Shown: piece after piece, positions 56,439-64,000 of the stretch | Numbering within the stretch: position 1 is the stretch's first letter | Layout: every line of letters starts with the position of its first letter | Source: Elusimicrobiota bacterium | Lineage (GTDB): Bacteria; Elusimicrobiota; Elusimicrobia; F11 | Direction: 5' to 3' | Assembly: GCA_044221725.1 (NCBI GenBank) | Contig: JBGAON010000001.1 | Span: forward strand, 704,001 to 768,000 | DNA length: 64,000 nucleotides | The notes under the pieces: generated by a model | Databases searched by the model: none | What the model was told of the DNA's origin: nothing | The model's input: only the letters and a program-made list of their open reading frames with translations | Position numbers and translations under genes: made by a program

Positions 56439-57696
56439 TTTGACCAATATGGGTACTTTTCAGCGGCGGGTCCGTCCGACGGCGCTCGCGTTGTTTGCAA
56501 TATCACTGGCGATTTCAATATCCGCCGCGGAAATAATGGCCGCGCTTTTGTTGATCGAGTGGGGATACCGCGCCTGGCGCGAGCCGGCGCCCGTGCGGAG
56601 CCTGCCGAGATACGTCGAAGCACCGTTGTTCGCGTTGTTCCTTTGGTCAATTGCGACCGGCGTGTGGACCGGATCCAGCACCGTCTGGAATTCGGTTCAA
56701 AGCCAATCAGCGTTCATTCTTTTTTATTGGGCCGCCTGCGCTGTTGATTCATCGGAGACGCCCGCATTCTTCCGCTGGCTTTGCGGGGCGACGATTGTCG
56801 CGGGCGCGCTCGGTGTGGTTCAGCACTTCACGCACATAAATTATGTACCCCACATCAAGTTGTATGTGATTCCCGAGTTTTTTCAGGACTGGTTTCCACC
56901 GCTCGTGCATTTGTTCGCACAGAACAACGAACGGGCCGTTGGCCCGCGAAGTCATCCGTTGACGTACGCCGAGTGTTTCATTCCAGGGTTTTTTCTACTG
57001 CTGGGTTGGTTGGTAAGCGAATTTCGTGTGCGCGGTTGGCGCACGCGAACCGTTTTTTGGCTGTCGCTTGGGATGGCGTGCGTGATGGGCGGCATTTTGT
57101 TTGCGGCCGGCCGCGCGGTGTGGATCGGTATTCTCGTTGGTACCGCCGGTTTTGCGTTTGCGCTCGGCAAGAAATATTTGCGCCGAGAGATGTTTGTCGC
57201 ATTGGTGGTGGTGATTCCGGTCGTAATGTTCGGTTCGGCGAAAATGCGAGGACGATTCCTCAGCATTGTATCGCCCACCTCGGGCACGTTGGGCGATCAA
57301 CTGAGCAAATCCACCCGGCTCAATATTTGGCATCAAGCGGTCCGGGATTTTCACGGTCACCCGATCGTGGGCGTGGGGCTGGAAGGCACGCGAATCACAA
57401 CGTACGACGTCACGCGTGGCCAGAACCGCGAATGGACAGAAACCCACAACATGTATCTGCAATTTCTTTTGGAGCTTGGCGTCGTGGGCTTCGGAATTTT
57501 TCTCTGGGTTCTTTTTGCGTGCGGTAAAATAATTGTGAATACGTCGGGTTTGCAGCGCGCCTGCTTCGTCGGCATGTTCCTTTCGTTCTTGGTGGCGGGT
57601 TTGACAGAGTCCTGGCCAAAGGACAAAGAAGTTGCGATGCTATTTTGGACAATGATGGGGTTCGCATCCCTTTTGAGGAAATTTGAGAAATCGTAA
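56431..57696 (+). CDS. O-antigen ligase (WaaL-like)
   Basis: Many TMs, R..IW......HPIVGVG, HNMYLQ..ELG..G; located in the LPS core cluster. Confidence 0.88.
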   Translation: MYNLTNMGTFQRRVRPTALALFAISLAISISAAEIMAALLLIEWGYRAWREPAPVRSLPRYVEAPLFALFLWSIATGVWTGSSTVWNSVQSQSAFILFYWAACAVDSSETPAFFRWLCGATIVAGALGVVQHFTHINYVPHIKLYVIPEFFQDWFPPLVHLFAQNNERAVGPRSHPLTYAECFIPGFFLLLGWLVSEFRVRGWRTRTVFWLSLGMACVMGGILFAAGRAVWIGILVGTAGFAFALGKKYLRREMFVALVVVIPVVMFGSAKMRGRFLSIVSPTSGTLGDQLSKSTRLNIWHQAVRDFHGHPIVGVGLEGTRITTYDVTRGQNREWTETHNMYLQFLLELGVVGFGIFLWVLFACGKIIVNTSGLQRACFVGMFLSFLVAGLTESWPKDKEVAMLFWTMMGFASLLRKFEKS

Positions 57697-58237
57697 ACCA
57701 GCCATATTTCTGGATCGTGACGGCACGATTCTTAACGAACGCGGTTATCTTGGCGATCCCAATGATATTGTGTTCTACCGGAATGCGTACCCCGCTCTGG
57801 TTCGTTTGTCACGGGCGGGTTTTGTTCTCGTCATTGTGACGAACCAATCGGGCATTGCGCGCGGCTATTTCACTGTCGCCGATTTCAAGCGCGTGCACGC
57901 CCGCTTCGAAAAAATGTTGGAGCGACGCGGCGTCCGAATTGCCGGCGTTTATTTTTGCCCGCACGGTCCAAAAGAAGGTTGCGTTTGCCGCAAACCGAAG
58001 ACGGCGCTCATCCGTCGTGCCGTGAAAGATTTGAACATCGATTTGAAAAGATCGTTTATGGTGGGAGACCAGCTGCGCGATGTTGAAACGGCACGCAATT
58101 TGCGCATCCCGGGCGTGATGGTGCTCACCGGTGCGGGCCGCTCGCTCATGCGAGAAGGCCGTCGCGTGGCGACGAAGATAACATCGAATCTCGATACGGC
58201 GTCGCGTTGGATTCTTTCTCGGTCCCAATTTAGGTAG
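57683..58237 (+). CDS. gmhB: Heptose-1,7-bisphosphate phosphatase
   Basis: FLDRDGT, TNQSGI, CPH...C.CRKP, MVGD. Confidence 0.93.
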   Translation: MRNRKPAIFLDRDGTILNERGYLGDPNDIVFYRNAYPALVRLSRAGFVLVIVTNQSGIARGYFTVADFKRVHARFEKMLERRGVRIAGVYFCPHGPKEGCVCRKPKTALIRRAVKDLNIDLKRSFMVGDQLRDVETARNLRIPGVMVLTGAGRSLMREGRRVATKITSNLDTASRWILSRSQFR

Positions 58238-58250
58238 ATTTCTTCCCCAT

Positions 58251-60314
58251 ATGCAGGACTCCTCCGTCTCCTCCACTCGTTGGGCCGTTGCGCTTGCACT
58301 GCTCATGCTTTTGAACGGCGCCGTGTTGTTCGTCTGGACGCACCGCGACACGCAGCCACTCGCGTGGGATCAAGCAATTCACACGAAGATAGCGATGGAC
58401 TACGAGCAGCGCTTGGCGACCGGCAAATTGTCGGAATTGTTCAAGCCGGTCGATATGAATTATCCGCCGCTTTATCACTTGATGCTGATCCCAGCGCTGC
58501 ACGTTGTGTCGGACATTGCGGATGCCGGCGCGTTGGTAAATTACTTTCATCAGTGCTTGCTCGTGCTGGCGGTGTTTGGTGTGGGGTTTTTGCTGCTGGG
58601 GCCCTGGCAGGGATTTACGGCCGCTGTTTTGGTGAGTTTTTACCCAACGTTAACGGATTTAAGCCACAGCACGCTCATCGATTTGTCGCTCACCGCTTGG
58701 GTGGCCGCCGCATTTTTCTTCTTGGTGTTGTCGGACAATTTCTCGAACTTCAGTGCAGCGGTCGCGTTTGGCATGGCGCTCGGAGCGGCGATGCTCACAA
58801 AGTGGACCGCGCTCGGTTACTTGTTCTTTCCTTTAATGTGGGCAATATTCCGGGCCGCGCGAAATAAAAAATTCTTAATCGCCGTTATTTCTCTTTTTAT
58901 TGCGGCTGCCGTGATGGCGCCGTGGTATCTCCAAAACTTTATCCCGATGTTAATCCGCGTGCCAAAGCTGGCTGGTTTGCCACCGGCCAGTTCCGAACGG
59001 TTGTCGGGGCTCGCAAACGTTTTTTGGTATCCGCTCAGTCTCGGTCAGCAAATGAGCGCGACGTTTGTGATCTTGTTGGTGCTCGGCATTCCGAGCTTTC
59101 TGTGGCGTCCGAAGATGGGGAAAGTGTTGCTGTGGTTTGTCGGTAGCATGTTGTTGTTCAGTCTCATTCGGAACAAAAATATTCGGTATTTTGCGCCGGC
59201 CTTGCCCGCGGCCGCGTTGATTACGGTCGCGTGGTTGCCGACGTTTAAACGCGTGGCGTTTGTGATCGTGATGATTCTTGGGTTAGCGTTGCTGCGGTTA
59301 GCCACGCCTCCCGCCAACATGAACTGGCAGCACGAAGCGATCATCGAAACTGTTCAAAAGGTGAAGCCCACGGAACTTCCGGCGGTAACCGTTCTTGTGG
59401 TCGCCAACACGCCGTATTTCCACAGCGTGACCCTGAACATCTCGGCGCGCGCCAAAGCAGTAAAGAATATTCTGTTCCGCGGACCGAGCAAGCAACGTTC
59501 GTTTGAGTTTTCGGATTTTGTTCTTTTTAAAACAGGTGACTTGGGTCCGGCGTTCACGCTGGGCACCATCAACAAATGCGCGGCCGTGATTCAGGATCAA
59601 AAATCCTGGTTCGCAAAATCATTTAAAGAGGTCGCACGCTGGCCGCTGCCCGACGGAAGCGAGGCCATTTTGTACGAATGCCGCCCGACGCCCGAAAAAG
59701 TGGCCGATCCGGGCCTTTTTAATATGTCGCTCGACCGGCTGGACTTGCCGAATGTGAGCGCAACCGGTATGCAATTGCGCGTGACGCCGATTTCTGCGGC
59801 GGACACCGCGGTCGGTCGATTCAAAGAACTGTCGGTTACATGCGCGTCCGTCGATTACAAAGGCGTCCTGTTTCGCAATGTTCGGATCCGACTCCTGAAA
59901 CCGCAAATCAACTTGCCGCTCTTTTTCGAAACGGGCCAGATTGAACTTCATCGCCTCGGAAGTCTCGAGCCGCGGGCCACGATTCCGGCGGATGCCATCA
60001 TTTTGCTCGCGCGCGAGAAAGTCAAATGGCTTTCGGATCCCACGATAGAATTCGACGGATCGGTTGTTCGGATTTCCGGACAAGCAAAAGGCGTGCCCAT
60101 TCGAATTGTGGCCGACGTGAAGGTGGAACAAAACAGATTTGTATCGAAACTGGAGTCGCTACGTATTTACCGTATACCCGTGCCGCTTTTTTTTCTTACG
60201 AATTTGACCGACGTATCGATTCCGCTTAACCGCGATCAGGACTGGTCGTACGATATTGTCGTGCCGAGTGTTTATGGCGCGGGCGGCAACTTGTCCATCG
60301 GAGCTGTGCAATGA
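58251..60314 (+). CDS. GT-C (ArnT/PMT-like) membrane glycosyltransferase with large periplasmic C-terminus
   Basis: WD...H, YPP, D..L, G.A.LTK, PWY, RY..P.LP. Confidence 0.8.
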   Translation: MQDSSVSSTRWAVALALLMLLNGAVLFVWTHRDTQPLAWDQAIHTKIAMDYEQRLATGKLSELFKPVDMNYPPLYHLMLIPALHVVSDIADAGALVNYFHQCLLVLAVFGVGFLLLGPWQGFTAAVLVSFYPTLTDLSHSTLIDLSLTAWVAAAFFFLVLSDNFSNFSAAVAFGMALGAAMLTKWTALGYLFFPLMWAIFRAARNKKFLIAVISLFIAAAVMAPWYLQNFIPMLIRVPKLAGLPPASSERLSGLANVFWYPLSLGQQMSATFVILLVLGIPSFLWRPKMGKVLLWFVGSMLLFSLIRNKNIRYFAPALPAAALITVAWLPTFKRVAFVIVMILGLALLRLATPPANMNWQHEAIIETVQKVKPTELPAVTVLVVANTPYFHSVTLNISARAKAVKNILFRGPSKQRSFEFSDFVLFKTGDLGPAFTLGTINKCAAVIQDQKSWFAKSFKEVARWPLPDGSEAILYECRPTPEKVADPGLFNMSLDRLDLPNVSATGMQLRVTPISAADTAVGRFKELSVTCASVDYKGVLFRNVRIRLLKPQINLPLFFETGQIELHRLGSLEPRATIPADAIILLAREKVKWLSDPTIEFDGSVVRISGQAKGVPIRIVADVKVEQNRFVSKLESLRIYRIPVPLFFLTNLTDVSIPLNRDQDWSYDIVVPSVYGAGGNLSIGAVQ

Positions 60315-61192
60315 AGCGTTTTCTTTCTGTTTTGCTTTTATTGGGAACGAACGCGGTTTGTGCGGCGGACGTGATTCCGCGCTCACCCGACGTGCCGCTC
60401 AGCACGGCATCGGCGCACGGTGCCGGTGTTGTGAATGGCGCCACGGTTCCTATTCGACTGAGCGATGTCGCAAATTCGGCCTTTTGTGTGGGCGAGCAAT
60501 TAACCTTTGTCATCAAATACGAATTTGTGAATGCGGGAACCGCAACAATGTCGGTCAAGCAAGGCCCGCTCATTGATGGACGTCCATCGATGCACATCGA
60601 GACCGTGGCAAGCTCCAATGGGTTTGTGGACGCGTTCTTTAAGGTGCGCGACTTCAACGCGTCCACCGTTGATTCGGCGTCATTAAACTCAAGAAATTTC
60701 CATCAAAATCTAAAAGAAGGCGGATACAAAGTCATCCGCAACACGTCGATTGATTACAACAAGCGGGCCTACACGTTTCAGCGTACGAAGAACAATCACA
60801 CGACCGAGCGAACCGGTGTCATTCAGCAACCGGTGTACGATATTTTGTCGGCGTTCTTTTACACGCGCACGCTCGATTTAAAACCGGGCAAGACCGAGGA
60901 AATGACGGTTTTTTCCGATGAGGACATCTACCAAATGGTGATCAAGGTGGACCCAAAAGTGGAAACCATCACGGTGCCGGCCGGAAAATTCCGCTGTCTG
61001 AAAATTGAACCGGGGTTAAAAGGCGATTCCATATTTCAATCGAACGGCAGCAAGATGTTCATTTGGCTTACAAACGATGAGAAGAAGATGCCCGTGCTGA
61101 TTCGCTCGAAGGTTTTTATTGGCGCGTTTGACGCCGAATTGGCGAGTTATCAACCCGAGAACCTGGTTTTTGACAGCAAAGAGGGGAAATGA
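60311..61192 (+). CDS. DUF3108 domain exported protein
   Basis: GEQL.F......NAG, DILSAFF, I.VPAG.F, IW.T.D...PV.I. Confidence 0.85.
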   Translation: MKRFLSVLLLLGTNAVCAADVIPRSPDVPLSTASAHGAGVVNGATVPIRLSDVANSAFCVGEQLTFVIKYEFVNAGTATMSVKQGPLIDGRPSMHIETVASSNGFVDAFFKVRDFNASTVDSASLNSRNFHQNLKEGGYKVIRNTSIDYNKRAYTFQRTKNNHTTERTGVIQQPVYDILSAFFYTRTLDLKPGKTEEMTVFSDEDIYQMVIKVDPKVETITVPAGKFRCLKIEPGLKGDSIFQSNGSKMFIWLTNDEKKMPVLIRSKVFIGAFDAELASYQPENLVFDSKEGK

Positions 61193-61205
61193 TAAGGACA
61201 GCTAC

Positions 61206-62213
61206 ATGAAACCTGCTGTTCCCGCCGTCGCGGATCTCTCCTTGCTCAAATGGATTCGTCGCTTCGAAGGTGTGCCAATTGCTGTCGTTGGCGATCTCAT
61301 GGTCGACCGTTCCTATCGAGGACCGGCCGAGCGAATCTCTCCTGAAGCGCCTGTTCCCGTGGTTCACATCCTCGAGGCCAATTTTACGCCCGGCGGAGCC
61401 GGTAATGTGGTGAACAATCTTGCTGTGCTCGGAGCGCGGCCCACTCTAATTTCCGTACGCGGCGAAGATCCGTCCGGAAAAGAAATTGAAGCGGATTTGC
61501 GCAGTCGTGGCATCGACGTTTCCAATCTCATTGTTGATGCGCAGCGGCCGACGATTACAAAGAACCGTGTGTTCGCTGGCCACCAGCAGGTCGCGCGTTT
61601 TGATTTCGAAAAACGCGGTGCGATTTCGGGCCAGCATTTGGACCGGATCACGGACATTCTTAAGCGCATCGTGCCAAAACAAAAGGCCGTCATCATTTCG
61701 GATTATGGAAAAGGCCTCATTACTCCCGCCGTTATCAAAGCCTGTCTGCAAGCCGCACAAAAGCACGACATTCCTGTCATCGTCGACCCAAAAATCGAAC
61801 ATTTCATGCAATACAAAGCGGTTGACTGCATCACGCCGAACACCAAGGAAGCGGTGGAAGGGATGCGCACGTTTGCACCGAAGTCCGAAGATGAAATGCT
61901 CGCGCTCGGTCGAAAAATTCTGGCGAAATTAAAAAGCCGGTCGCTGCTGATCACGCGCGGCGAAAAAGGAATGACGCTTTTTCAAAAGGACAAGGTCCCG
62001 CAAACAATTCCGGCCGTCGCCCAGGAAGTTTACGACGTCACGGGAGCCGGTGACACGGTGGTCTCCACGTTTTCTCTGGCCCGCGCGGTTGGCGCGCCGT
62101 ATTTGCAAGCCGCAAAAATCGCAAACATTGCGGCCGGGGTGGTGGTTGCCAAGGTGGGCACCGCCGTCGTTACGATTGAAGAGTTGGTTGCCCGCGTGAG
62201 ACGATCGTCGTGA
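61206..62213 (+). CDS. rfaE1: Heptose-7-phosphate kinase (stand-alone RfaE/HldE domain I)
   Basis: GD.M.D, RISPEAPVPV, GGAGNV, SDYGKG, DVTGAGD. Confidence 0.93.
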   Translation: MKPAVPAVADLSLLKWIRRFEGVPIAVVGDLMVDRSYRGPAERISPEAPVPVVHILEANFTPGGAGNVVNNLAVLGARPTLISVRGEDPSGKEIEADLRSRGIDVSNLIVDAQRPTITKNRVFAGHQQVARFDFEKRGAISGQHLDRITDILKRIVPKQKAVIISDYGKGLITPAVIKACLQAAQKHDIPVIVDPKIEHFMQYKAVDCITPNTKEAVEGMRTFAPKSEDEMLALGRKILAKLKSRSLLITRGEKGMTLFQKDKVPQTIPAVAQEVYDVTGAGDTVVSTFSLARAVGAPYLQAAKIANIAAGVVVAKVGTAVVTIEELVARVRRSS

Positions 62214-62929
62214 GCTCGGTGTTGGGCGTTATTCCGGCGCGTTACGCGTCGACGCGCCTTCCCGGTAAACCGCTTGCTTCAATTCTGGGGCGACCCATGG
62301 TCCGGTGGGTTTATGAGGCGGCCGCGAAAAGTTTGGACCGTGTTGTCGTAGCAACCGATGATCAACGCATTGCGCGCGTGGTGTCCAGCTTTGGCGGAAC
62401 CGCGATGATGACGCCGGCTTCGTGCGCGAGCGGTACCGAGCGCATGGCCTATGTGGCCAAAAAAATGAACGCCGATTTCTACGTGAATATTCAAGGTGAT
62501 GAGCCGATGATGAAACCGGACACGGTCAAACGAACTGTTCTTGCCGCGATAAAAAGAAAGGCGATTGCCACGCCGGTCACCGATCTGCAACCGAAAGATT
62601 TTGAAAATCCGAACGCCGTCAAAGTCGTTGTCGGCGAGGATGAGCGCGCCATCTATTTCTCGCGCTCGCTGATTCCATATCCCCGTGTGCCGTCGGCCGC
62701 GAACAAACCGGTCAAGCACATCGGGCTTTATGTTTATCCGCGGGCTTCTCTGTTCAAATTTGTTTCTTTGAAACCAACTGTTCTCGAGCGAACCGAAATG
62801 CTCGAACAATTGCGTGCAATTTATTACGGGTTGCCAATTTACGTGGCGAAGACGCGGTTTGATTCGGTGGGCGTGGACACGCCGGCCGATCTAAAAGCGG
62901 TTTCGGCTCAATTGAAAGGAGCGAAATAA
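62210..62929 (+). CDS. kdsB: CMP-Kdo synthetase
   Basis: IPARYASTRLPGKPL, QGDEP, YFSR, LEQLR. Confidence 0.96.
   Translation: MSSVLGVIPARYASTRLPGKPLASILGRPMVRWVYEAAAKSLDRVVVATDDQRIARVVSSFGGTAMMTPASCASGTERMAYVAKKMNADFYVNIQGDEPMMKPDTVKRTVLAAIKRKAIATPVTDLQPKDFENPNAVKVVVGEDERAIYFSRSLIPYPRVPSAANKPVKHIGLYVYPRASLFKFVSLKPTVLERTEMLEQLRAIYYGLPIYVAKTRFDSVGVDTPADLKAVSAQLKGAK

Positions 62930-64000
<1,071 letters not shown>

Overview
Bacterial chromosomal window from a diderm, LPS-making organism. The giant modular membrane protein and the gene set suggest Elusimicrobiota or a relative, which is an inference. From left to right: (1) a 5'-truncated giant multidomain membrane protein with two CPBP-like TM modules, an adenylate-kinase domain and a SelO/kinase-like domain, then mutM, tRNA-Val and an M48 peptidase. 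(2) A coupled operon GH92-MBOAT-MaoC-SDR-FkbH-ACP-SGNH, a candidate glyceryl/lactyl surface-acylation pathway. (3) A tRNA-Thr(CGT) integration hotspot. It holds a REP+GIY-YIG mini-cassette and an ~8.9 kb AT-rich tyrosine-integrase island that split the native tRNA at its 7-bp anticodon loop. The island carries a complete replacement tRNA directly upstream of a Shedu anti-phage nuclease, plus a candidate ~360-nt structured RNA. (4) A broken acyltransferase, a GH-like gene overlapping tRNA-Phe, and a decayed TA islet next to tRNA-Asp. (5) About 35 kb of + strand housekeeping and envelope genes: two O-antigen-ligase/TPR proteins, yebC-ruvCAB, spoIID-like, rlmI-like, queA-tgt, yajC-secDF, LPS core/lipid A genes, kdsB and partial pyrG. 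This stretch contains REP elements read in-frame and a cluster of three DnaA boxes. All calls come from reading motifs by eye; no searches were run.
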